The position numbers and the translations under genes were made by a program. The notes under the pieces are model-generated. The model was not told where the DNA came from. It searched no databases and saw nothing but the letters and a program-made list of their open reading frames with translations. This document shows positions 55,700 through 64,000 of a DNA stretch of 64,000 bases, piece by piece. Each line of letters opens with the position of its first letter. Position 1 is the first letter of the stretch. Source of the DNA: Longimicrobiales bacterium (GTDB lineage: Bacteria > Gemmatimonadota > Gemmatimonadetes > Longimicrobiales > Gaopeijiaceae); contig OZ241869.1 of NCBI GenBank assembly GCA_965202805.1, positions 1,728,001 through 1,792,000 of the forward strand. Reading direction: 5' to 3'.

Positions 55700-58147
55700 A
55701 TGGTTCAGGCGGAGGCAATGAGGACACTCGTCGTCGGCACGTCCCTCGGTGTTGCGCTGGCCCTGCTCGGCGAGCCCCCTTCCCATCCCTCCGCGGAATC
55801 CCGACCGGAGGTGGTGCGGCCCCCCTCCGCGGCCCATGCCGCGTCCATCGAATCCCCGGTTCTCACGCGGGTCGTCGTCCAGTACTGCCAGGTATGTCAC
55901 AACGACGCGCTGCTGACCGGCAACGTCTCGCTGCAGGGATTCGACGTGGAGCGCGCCCCGGAGCAGGCGGAGACGGCGGAACGCATGATCCGCAAGCTGC
56001 GCGCGGGCATGATGCCGCCTCCCGGGATGCCGCGCCCGGCAGGCGACACCCTCCAGGTGCTGGTGCAGACGCTGGAGCAGCTGGTCGATGAAGCCGCGGC
56101 CTTCCGCCCCAATCCCGGAACCCGCCGCTTCCAGAGGCTGAGCCGCGCGGAGTACGAGCGCGTCGTCCGCGACATGCTGGACCTCGAAATCGACGCCGGC
56201 CGCTGGCTCCCCGCCGACGTGCTGCTCGGCAGCTTCGACAACCTGTCGGCGGCCCAGGGGCTGTCGACGACGTTGCTGGCCGCCTACATGCGCGCCGCAA
56301 CCGAGGTGAGCCGCCTCGCGGTGGGCAACCCGGACGCGGTCTCGACCTCGGCGAAGTACACCAACCCGATCGAGGTGTCGCAGCACGCATGGGACCACAT
56401 CGAGGGAACCCCGTTCGGCACCCGCGGCGGGATGGTGGTCACTCACGACTTCCCGGCCGACGGCGAGTACGTCCTCACGGTGGAGACCCTGTTCGGACAG
56501 GGCACCGGCTTCGAGGATCTCGACATCTCCATCGACGGCGAGGGCGTGGCGGTCATCCCCATCCCGCACAACGGAGAGGGCGGCGTGCCGCTCACCACCG
56601 ATCCCGTCTTCGTGCGCGCCGGCCAGCGCCAGGTGGCGGCGGCGTTCGTTCGGCGCATGGACGGCCCCTACGACGACCGCTTCAGCCCCTTCGACTGGTC
56701 GTTCGTGGGAGGCGAGGACGCGCAGCAGTGGGCCAACTACGGCATCACCGCCCTTCCGCACCTGTCGAACCTCATGATCACCGGGCCCACGGCCGTGGCC
56801 GGCGTCTCCGACACGCCGACCCGGAACAGGATCTTCAGCTGCCGGCCCGCGTCCGAATCCGGAGAGAGGCCCTGCGCCGAGTCGATCGTGGCGCGGCTCG
56901 CGGAACAGGCCTACCGCCGCCCGGTCACCGACGAGGACATGCTGGGACTGATGGCGTTCTACGACCAGGGATCCGACGAAGGCGGATTCGAGATCGGCGT
57001 GCGCACGGCGCTCCAGGCACTGCTCGCCAGCCCCTCGTTCGTCTTCCGGCTGGAGCGGGAGCCGTCCGGCCGGGGTGAAGGCGAGAACTACTACCTCGGC
57101 GACCTCGATCTGGCTTCCCGGCTGTCCTTCCTGCTCTGGGCCTCGGCGCCGGACCAGGAGCTGCTCGACATCGCCGCCGGCGGACGGCTTTCCGACGACG
57201 CCGTGCTCGAAGCGCAGGTGCGGCGCATGCTCGCCGATCCGCGCTCCGAGGCGCTGGGAACCCGCTTCGCCCATCAGTGGCTGCGCCTGCAGGATGCCGC
57301 CAAGAACAACCCGGAGCCCTACCTGTACCCGGACTTCACGGGTCAGCTGAGCGACGACCTGGTGCGGGAAACCGAGCTCTTCTTCAATCATCTCGTGCAA
57401 CAGGACCGCGGTTTCCTGGAGTTCTTCAGCGCCGACTACACCTTCCTCAACGAGCGCCTGGCCCGGCACTACGGGATCGAAGGCGTCACCGGCGGCGACT
57501 TCCGCCTGGTGGAGCATCCCGACGACAAGCGGCGCGGCATCCTCGGCCACGGAAGCGTGCTGCTGCTGACCTCGATGTCGGCGCGCACCTCTCCGGTTCT
57601 GCGCGGGAAGTGGGTCATGGAGGTCCTGATGGGTACGCCTCCGCCGCATCCTCCGCCCAACGTGCCCGCCTTCGACCAGACCGAGGGAACGGCGGACGGG
57701 CGCCGCCTTACCACGCGCGAGCGCATGGAGCGGCACCGCGCCAACCCGACCTGCAACGCCTGCCATCGCTTCATGGATCCCATCGGCCTCGCGCTCGACA
57801 ACTACGACGTGACCGGCCGCTGGCGCATCCGCGAGAACATGGTGGCGCTGGACACGCGCGGCGACTTCTACGACGGAACCCCCATCACCACGCCGGCGGA
57901 ACTGACCCGGGTCATGCTCAAGCGTCCGATTCCGCTCGTGCGCAACTTCACCGCGCATCTGCTGGCGTACGCGATCGGCCGCCCCGTGGAGTACTTCGAT
58001 CAGCCGACCATTCGAGCCATCGCGACAGACGCGGAGGCCGAAGGATACAGCATGTCCGCCTTCGTTCTGGGGGTCGTGAAGAGCGATCCCTTCCGGATGA
58101 GACGAACCGAGGCGACCGCAGACACGGAAGCCAACCAGGGAGTGTAA
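55700..58147 (+). CDS. DUF1592/DUF1588 (PSD/PSCyt) di-heme c-type cytochrome protein
   Basis: CQVCH and CNACH, MPPP, RLSRAEY, LASRLSFLLW, RTSPVLRGKWV. Confidence 0.9.
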   Translation: MVQAEAMRTLVVGTSLGVALALLGEPPSHPSAESRPEVVRPPSAAHAASIESPVLTRVVVQYCQVCHNDALLTGNVSLQGFDVERAPEQAETAERMIRKLRAGMMPPPGMPRPAGDTLQVLVQTLEQLVDEAAAFRPNPGTRRFQRLSRAEYERVVRDMLDLEIDAGRWLPADVLLGSFDNLSAAQGLSTTLLAAYMRAATEVSRLAVGNPDAVSTSAKYTNPIEVSQHAWDHIEGTPFGTRGGMVVTHDFPADGEYVLTVETLFGQGTGFEDLDISIDGEGVAVIPIPHNGEGGVPLTTDPVFVRAGQRQVAAAFVRRMDGPYDDRFSPFDWSFVGGEDAQQWANYGITALPHLSNLMITGPTAVAGVSDTPTRNRIFSCRPASESGERPCAESIVARLAEQAYRRPVTDEDMLGLMAFYDQGSDEGGFEIGVRTALQALLASPSFVFRLEREPSGRGEGENYYLGDLDLASRLSFLLWASAPDQELLDIAAGGRLSDDAVLEAQVRRMLADPRSEALGTRFAHQWLRLQDAAKNNPEPYLYPDFTGQLSDDLVRETELFFNHLVQQDRGFLEFFSADYTFLNERLARHYGIEGVTGGDFRLVEHPDDKRRGILGHGSVLLLTSMSARTSPVLRGKWVMEVLMGTPPPHPPPNVPAFDQTEGTADGRRLTTRERMERHRANPTCNACHRFMDPIGLALDNYDVTGRWRIRENMVALDTRGDFYDGTPITTPAELTRVMLKRPIPLVRNFTAHLLAYAIGRPVEYFDQPTIRAIATDAEAEGYSMSAFVLGVVKSDPFRMRRTEATADTEANQGV

Positions 58148-58153
58148 GCGACC

Positions 58154-59584
58154 ATGAACTTCATTACGGGAAAGCACCTTTCTCGCCGTACCTTCCTCCG
58201 CGGGATGGGCACGACCGTTGCGCTCCCCCTGCTGGACGCCATGGTGCCCGCGGGCAAGCTGTGGCGTGACCGCGCCGCCGGTGACTTCACGCGCATGGTG
58301 GCCATCGAGGAGTCGATGGGGTGTGCGGGTGGAAGCGACTGGGGCGACCAGCAGTTCCTGTTCGCACCCGAGAAGGTCGGCCGCGACTTCGAGTTCGTGG
58401 CGACCAGCCAGCTCAAGCCGCTGGAGCCCTTCCGCGAGTACCTGACGGTGATCAGCAACACCGACTCGCGCATGGCGGAGGCGTACCGCGCGGAGGAGAT
58501 CGGCGGCGACCACGACCGCACCACCGCCGTCTTCCTGACCCAGGCCCATCCCAAGCAGACCCAGGGATCGGACGTCTACCTCGGGACCTCGCTGGACCAA
58601 CTGCACGCGCGCCGCTTCGGCCAGGACACGGCGCTGCCCTCGCTCGAGCTCACCACCGAGTCCATCGATCGCGGGGGCGGATGCGCCTACAACTACCACT
58701 GCGCCTACACGACCTCCGTGGCGTGGGCCTCCCCGACCCAGCCGCTCCCGGCCATTCGCGAGCCGCGCGCGGTCTTCGAGCAGCTCTTCGGCGCGGGTGA
58801 CTCCGCCGCCGACCGGGCCGCCCGCCGCCGCACCGACCGCAGCGTCATCGACTGGATCGCCAGCGAAGTGGCGCGCCTGAAGAGAGAGCTGGGGGCCGTC
58901 GACCGCCGGGCCATGGACGAGTACCTGACCCACATCCGCGAGCTGGAGCGCCGCATCGAGCTGGTCGAGGAGCGCAACACCAGCGGCGAGGAGCGGGCGA
59001 TGCCCGAGGCTCCTTCCGGGGTTCCCGATTCCTGGGAAGAGCACATGGAGATCATGTTCGACCTCCAGCTGCTCGCGCTGCAGACGGACATGACCCGCGT
59101 CATCACCTTCAAGATCGGCTTCGATCAGTCGAACCGGACCTTCCCGCTGAGCGGCACCAACAAGTCGATCCACGGAGCGTCGCACCACGGCAACGTCCCC
59201 GCCGACATCATGGACTTCAACCTCATCAATACCCACAGGCTGAGCCTGATGGGGTACTTCCTCGAGAAGATGAAGAACACGATGGAGGGCGACGCCTCCC
59301 TGCTGGACAAGACCGCAATCGTCTGGGGTTCGTCCATGGGCGACCCCAACCTGCACAACCACCGCCGCTGCCCGCTCATCCTGATGGGGCACGCCAACGG
59401 CGCCCTGGAAGGCAACATGCACCTGCGTGCGCCGAAGGGGACGCCGATGGCCGACGTCTTCGTGAGCCTGATGCAGGGCATCGGACACGACGACATGCGA
59501 GCGTTCGGGGACAGCGTGAGCCCCTTCCCGCTTACGTTCCCGAGAGGCGGGGTAGCCGACGCGTTGCGGGAGGCCGGATCGTGA
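58154..59584 (+). CDS. DUF1552 family protein (Tat-exported)
   Basis: LSRRTFLRG..VALPLLDAM, PRAVFEQLFG, HGASHH, SSMGDPNLH. Confidence 0.9.
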   Translation: MNFITGKHLSRRTFLRGMGTTVALPLLDAMVPAGKLWRDRAAGDFTRMVAIEESMGCAGGSDWGDQQFLFAPEKVGRDFEFVATSQLKPLEPFREYLTVISNTDSRMAEAYRAEEIGGDHDRTTAVFLTQAHPKQTQGSDVYLGTSLDQLHARRFGQDTALPSLELTTESIDRGGGCAYNYHCAYTTSVAWASPTQPLPAIREPRAVFEQLFGAGDSAADRAARRRTDRSVIDWIASEVARLKRELGAVDRRAMDEYLTHIRELERRIELVEERNTSGEERAMPEAPSGVPDSWEEHMEIMFDLQLLALQTDMTRVITFKIGFDQSNRTFPLSGTNKSIHGASHHGNVPADIMDFNLINTHRLSLMGYFLEKMKNTMEGDASLLDKTAIVWGSSMGDPNLHNHRRCPLILMGHANGALEGNMHLRAPKGTPMADVFVSLMQGIGHDDMRAFGDSVSPFPLTFPRGGVADALREAGS

Positions 59585-61548
59585 GGGCGTCCGGCGATGT
59601 GGTGACGCGCCACCGCACGGGAGTGCTGGGCGCGATCCTGCTGCTGGTCTCGCTCGCCGGCTCCGCCGAGGCCCAGGACGCCGGACTGATCGAGGCGGCG
59701 AGGCAAGGCGACGCGGAAGCTGTTCAGGCGCTGCTGGCCGGAGGCGCGGACCCGAACCAGGCGCAGGGCGACGGCACGACCGCGCTGCACATGGCGGCGC
59801 TCGAGGGCCACGGCAAGGTGGTGGAGTTCCTGCTGGCGGCAGATGCCGAGGTCGCCGCGACGACCCGCATCGGAGCGTACACGGCGCTTCACCTGGCCAG
59901 CCAGGGCGGACACGGGGCGGCGGTGCGCGCGCTCCTCGAGAAGGGCGCGGATGCGACGCTCGCGACCAGCAACAGCGGGGCCACCCCGCTCCACCTGGCC
60001 GCGCGCGTGGTGGCCGGCGAGGAGGCCGTCGCCGCGCTGCTGGAGCACGGCGCCGACGTGAATGCGCGTGAGGGCTCCGCGGGCCAGACCCCGCTGATGT
60101 TTGCGGCGGCGTTCAACCGGACGGCTGCGGTTCGGGTGCTCCTGAAGCACGGGGCCGACCCGAATGTGGCCACCAGGGTGGTCGACGTGCTGCGCAGCGT
60201 GGCTATCGACCGCGAGGCCAGCCAGCTCCTGCGCGACCGCATCGAGGGCCTTCGCCTCGCGGCCGAGCCGGGCACGGAGCGCGAACTGACGCCGGCGGAG
60301 GTGCAGGAGGCGATCGCCGCCCAGCGGGAGTTCCTGCGCGCGGACCACTCGCAGCGGGACTTCGACCCCGACGATCTCATCCAGTACCGGCCGGACTACC
60401 CCGGCGGCCCGGCTCTCGCCCGTCCCCCCTACCGGGAGACGCTGGTGGGCATGACCGGCGGCATGACCGCGCTGCTGCACGCGGCGCGCGAGGGACACGT
60501 CGAAGCGGGGCTCGCCCTGCTGGACGGCGGGGCCGACATCGACCAGGTCAGCGGCGACGGCACCAGCCCGCTGCTGATGACCATCATCAACGGCCAGTTC
60601 GACCTGGCCATGGAGCTGGTCGAACGCGGCGCCGATCCCGACCGGGCGGCCGACACGGACGGCATCTCACCCCTGTTCGCGGTTCTGCAGACCCACTGGG
60701 CGCCCAAGTCGAACTACCCGCAGCCGCGCGCGCACGACAACGAGCAGACCGAATACCTGGAGCTCCTTCAGGCGCTTCTGGACGCGGGCGCCGACCCGAA
60801 CGTCCAGCTCAACACGCACCTGTGGTACTGGGAGTTCGGGCTCACCAAGATGGGCATCAACCTGGAGGGCGCAACGCCGTTCTACCGGGCCGCCTTCGCC
60901 CAGGACATCGAGGCGATGAAGATGCTGGCCGCCCACGGGGCCGATCCGAACATCCCCACCCGCTGGCCGGCCGTGGGCATGCGCGAGCGGCGCCAGCAGG
61001 ACGGGCGCCAGCAGGAGGATTCGGGGCTTCCCTGGATTCCCGAGGGGTCCTACAACGCCTATCCCGTCCACGCGGCGGCCGGAGGCGGCTGGCAGGGGCT
61101 CGGCGCGTTCAGCGTGCGCGCGGTCCCCGACAACTTCCTCAACGCGGTCAAGTATCTGGTCGACGAGCACGGGGCGGACGTGAACCTGGCCGACTCGTGG
61201 CTGTACCGGCCGATTCACTACGCCGCGGCCCGGGGTGACAACGAGCTCATCATGTACCTGGTCGAGCAGGGCGCGGATGTGACGGCCATCACCCGGCTGG
61301 GCCAGTCCGCGGCCGACATGGCGCGCGGCGGGCGGTCCGGCTTTTTCGTACGGGTCGCCTACCCGGAGACCGAGGAGCTTCTGGTCGAGCTCGGCTCCAG
61401 CCGCGAGTGCGAGCACACCCATTTCCTCGACACCGGCGACTTCTGCGAGGGCCTCGGGGTCTTCGATCCGTGGAAGGAAAAGGGGATTCCGCAGACGACG
61501 GAGACCGTGGTGCCGCCACCGCCTCCTCCGGGAGGGAATCGGCGGTAG
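59581..61548 (+). CDS. Exported ankyrin-repeat protein
   Basis: Signal peptide; multiple TALHxAA / TPLxxAA...GADPN repeats; GTGA overlap. Confidence 0.9.
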   Translation: MRASGDVVTRHRTGVLGAILLLVSLAGSAEAQDAGLIEAARQGDAEAVQALLAGGADPNQAQGDGTTALHMAALEGHGKVVEFLLAADAEVAATTRIGAYTALHLASQGGHGAAVRALLEKGADATLATSNSGATPLHLAARVVAGEEAVAALLEHGADVNAREGSAGQTPLMFAAAFNRTAAVRVLLKHGADPNVATRVVDVLRSVAIDREASQLLRDRIEGLRLAAEPGTERELTPAEVQEAIAAQREFLRADHSQRDFDPDDLIQYRPDYPGGPALARPPYRETLVGMTGGMTALLHAAREGHVEAGLALLDGGADIDQVSGDGTSPLLMTIINGQFDLAMELVERGADPDRAADTDGISPLFAVLQTHWAPKSNYPQPRAHDNEQTEYLELLQALLDAGADPNVQLNTHLWYWEFGLTKMGINLEGATPFYRAAFAQDIEAMKMLAAHGADPNIPTRWPAVGMRERRQQDGRQQEDSGLPWIPEGSYNAYPVHAAAGGGWQGLGAFSVRAVPDNFLNAVKYLVDEHGADVNLADSWLYRPIHYAAARGDNELIMYLVEQGADVTAITRLGQSAADMARGGRSGFFVRVAYPETEELLVELGSSRECEHTHFLDTGDFCEGLGVFDPWKEKGIPQTTETVVPPPPPPGGNRR

Positions 61549-61599
61549 GCTGCCCGCGACCCGGCTTCGGGAGACGCTCCGCGCCGTGAGGGCCGGAAG

Positions 61600-62040
61600 C
61601 TAGTCCTCCCAGCTTACCGCGTCCCCCACCTGGATGCGGGCGTCGCTCAGCACCGTGCAGAACACACCCCCGCGCCAGTCCGGGTCCAGGGCGTCGCGCA
61701 GACCGCTGAGCTGCTCCTCCATGATCGTGCAGGGCCGGGTCTCGCCGCGGATCTGAAGCAGGCAGTCCCCGATACGGATCCTGCGGTCGCGGGTCTCGGC
61801 CAGACGGACGCCGCTGACCATCAGGTTGGCGCGTCTCAGCGCCGGATCGACCGGTGTGCCCAGCTCGTCGTCGAGTTCGTCGAAGACTTCCTTCTCGATC
61901 AATGTGACCTGGCGCCTGGGCCGCCCGAAGTTCGCGTCACCGGCGAGTCCACCTCCCGCTTCCGCGCTGGCCTCGGAGACGGCGCTCATCTCGCCGCCAC
62001 GCTGCCGCTTCAGCCAGATCGCCTCGAGTCTTCCGCTCAT
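61600..62040 (-). CDS. MOSC domain protein
   Basis: GLAGD, RQVTLI, RRANL, ETRPC, GGVFC, IQVGD. Confidence 0.85.
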   Translation of the reverse strand: MSGRLEAIWLKRQRGGEMSAVSEASAEAGGGLAGDANFGRPRRQVTLIEKEVFDELDDELGTPVDPALRRANLMVSGVRLAETRDRRIRIGDCLLQIRGETRPCTIMEEQLSGLRDALDPDWRGGVFCTVLSDARIQVGDAVSWED

Positions 62041-62407
62041 CCGTATCGCTCCTGTCGGTTTCTCTCCGGTCCCCGGAGGTATCGTCGGTTCCGGGTTTAT
62101 CGTCGCCCCGGTCCCGCTCGCACCATCGTCACGTCCTCTGCCCGAACCGCTCCAGAATACCCTATCGCGTCCCCGAAGGCGAGAGACGATTCCCGCCGGT
62201 CCGGTACCGACCCTGAGCGCCGGCCGACCCTGCCGGGATCACTCGCGCCGAGTTCCCGGTGAAGTCGTCCCATCCAGCCATGGCTTCGCCCGTGTGAACG
62301 GCTTCGGAATGGTCCCTGAATGGCCTCAAGGCAATGAGGAGCGGGGCGGTCCGTGGCTTCGGGCCGCGGACTCGAGCCCCGGAGAGCCCACCGCCAACAC
62401 GGAGACC

Positions 62408-62632
62408 ATGAACATGACCCCTCGACGCAAGACTTCGAGCCGTCTCACGCTGGGCGCGCTGTCCCTCGCGGCTGCCCTGGCCCTGCAGACCGGACCTGCG
62501 GTCGCACAGTCCCCCTATCACGACCCGCCTGTCGAAGAAGAGATCATCGATGGGCGTCCCGACCGCGACGCCAACGGCAACTGGACCTGGTGCTGGCCGC
62601 TGTACTGGTTCTTCTACTGCTGGACCCGATAG
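62408..62632 (+). CDS. Small secreted Trp/Cys-rich peptide (74 aa)
   Basis: GGAG at 62401 (better spaced for the alternative ATG at 62414), signal peptide ending AVA|Q, C-terminus WTWCWPLYWFFYCWTR. Confidence 0.65.
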   Translation: MNMTPRRKTSSRLTLGALSLAAALALQTGPAVAQSPYHDPPVEEEIIDGRPDRDANGNWTWCWPLYWFFYCWTR

Positions 62633-62764
62633 CAGGGCACCCGGTGCTGGTGCGGCCCAGCCCCCGGTGGCGGCGGTCGGCGGTCGTCCAGGCCGCTGCC
62701 ACCGGCGGGCGCAGCCGCCCGCGGACCGAGGGAGGGTGCGCCCTGGCCCGGGAATGACCCCGCC

Positions 62765-64000
62765 TCAGTTCGCCGGCACGGCCTCCATCAGAAGGCGCAG
62801 CGCCTCGTCGAGGGCCTGCCCCCCGGGTCCGGAGCCGCTGTAGTGTCCCAGCCGGACCACGACCATGTCGTGCGTGGGGATGATGATCGTGCTCTGGCCG
62901 CCCGCCCCGGCCATGCGGAATGCGCTCCGCGGAACCGGGTAGCCGCCGTTGGCATTCACCCAGAAGAACGCGCCCCCGTAGACATGTCGTCCGTCGGCCT
63001 CCCAGGCGGGCGCGAGCGTGGACGCGTACTCCACGTATCCCTCGGGGAGAATGCGCTCGCCGTTCACGACGCCGTCCGTCAGGTAGAGGTTGCCGAGGCG
63101 GGCCCAGTCGCGGCCGCTGCCGAAGCCGTATCCCTGGAGCAGGAAGTTGCCGTAGGGATCGGTCATCGCGTAGAAGTTGCGGATGCCCAGCTTGTCGAAC
63201 AGATGCCGTTGCGGGAACTGGTGATAGTTCTCGCCCAGCGTCCCTTCGACGCCCAGGCGGACCAGGTAGTTGGTGAGCACCGGGTCGCAGTTCCGATACC
63301 GTCCCACCGTGTCGGGCTCCCACTGCTGGTCCTTGCCGGCCGCCCACTCGAAGGAGTTGACGGTGCCCGTATAGAGGTACAGGTGGTCGGGGTATCCGAT
63401 GCTCGGGTCGTCGCCCGGATCGCCCAGGTTCCGGCAACGCAGCCCGGATGACATGCGCATGATGTCGCCGATGCGGATCGCCTGGCGCGGGTCGCCCTCG
63501 GACTGCCACTCGGGAACGGGCGCCGACTGCCAAAGGTCGTAAACGCCCTTCTGGATGAGGATGCCCATGAGGGTGCCGGTCAGGCTCTTGTTCATGGACC
63601 AGCTCTCCAGCGGCGTGGTGTGGTCGATGCCCTCGCGGTAGCGCTCCGCGAGCAGGCGGCCGCGGTGGGTGACCACGAAGGCCGCGGTGAGCGCCTCCGG
63701 GGGCGCGAAGGCCGCATCCACCGCCTGCGCGACCTTGTCCATGTCCACGTCGGCCGGGAACGGATCGTCCGGGAGCAGGTCGCCCAGCGGCCACGGGGTG
63801 GTCTCGGCGTCGGGGAGGGTGGATTCCACCTCGACCGTCTCGTAGTACGGCTCCTCCTCGCCGATGGGGAGCGCCAGACACCCCTGGTCGCCGTGCAGCT
63901 TCGCCGACCGCACCGTCCCGTCCGCGAGGGTGAGGTGCACGCGCTGGTTCTCGTAGTCGACCACCCGGTCGGTCACCGCGCCCCGGTGCTCGCCCAGCGC
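62765..64000 (-). CDS. Serine hydrolase, beta-lactamase class C / NylB-like, 5' end outside window
   Basis: SWSMNKS (SxxK), YRN, RDWARLG, GAGGQ. Confidence 0.88.
   Translation of the reverse strand, partial: ALGEHRGAVTDRVVDYENQRVHLTLADGTVRSAKLHGDQGCLALPIGEEEPYYETVEVESTLPDAETTPWPLGDLLPDDPFPADVDMDKVAQAVDAAFAPPEALTAAFVVTHRGRLLAERYREGIDHTTPLESWSMNKSLTGTLMGILIQKGVYDLWQSAPVPEWQSEGDPRQAIRIGDIMRMSSGLRCRNLGDPGDDPSIGYPDHLYLYTGTVNSFEWAAGKDQQWEPDTVGRYRNCDPVLTNYLVRLGVEGTLGENYHQFPQRHLFDKLGIRNFYAMTDPYGNFLLQGYGFGSGRDWARLGNLYLTDGVVNGERILPEGYVEYASTLAPAWEADGRHVYGGAFFWVNANGGYPVPRSAFRMAGAGGQSTIIIPTHDMVVVRLGHYSGSGPGGQALDEALRLLMEAVPAN

Noticed and set aside
55331..59488. 1385-aa minus-strand ORF
   Set aside because: Antisense shadow of the DUF1592/DUF1552 genes; no motifs; long stop-free antisense frames are expected with high-GC codon bias
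1..64000. tRNA, rRNA, transposase, integrase or selenocysteine read-through
   Set aside because: None recognised by eye; tRNAscan-SE, Infernal and ISEScan would be needed to exclude them formally

Overview
High-GC bacterial chromosomal window with about 50 genes. The SusC/SusD pair, DUF1592/DUF1552/ankyrin triad, DUF5916 protein and many TonB-related genes suggest a Gemmatimonadota-like organism (inference). Content in order: SSS symporter + GH4 glycosidase; GT2; two paralogous lipoproteins; an ECF sigma/anti-sigma/TonB-receptor signalling locus; FAD/Fe-S oxidase and serine-glyoxylate aminotransferase; a TRAP operon split by about 4 kb of accessory genes (short RHH, SulP, degenerate AbiEii, methyltransferase); a tandem pair of FprA/ODP-like MBL proteins; a DUF3526 ABC system; a copper-flavoured neighbourhood (CcmH-like, CopA); sulfurtransferase, PLD, Nramp-like transporter; a GltD-like + KorAB cluster; SSS + DUF3311; NHL lipoprotein; SusCD; TonB/TPR; matrixin; DUF1592/DUF1552/ankyrin; MOSC; serine hydrolase. 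Best candidate for a new system: a DUF2946-like leader peptide (HxH, CxxC, C-terminal RAPP arrest motif). Its last codons can form a 10-bp duplex with the SD/ATG of the downstream DUF3526 ABC ATPase, which predicts a metal-sensing ribosome-stalling switch on this transporter. Other highlights: a conserved ECF promoter found twice in the sequence, and an unannotated 74-aa secreted Trp/Cys-rich peptide. No rRNA, tRNA, CRISPR array or transposase was recognised. All family assignments are by eye from motifs; no database search was run.
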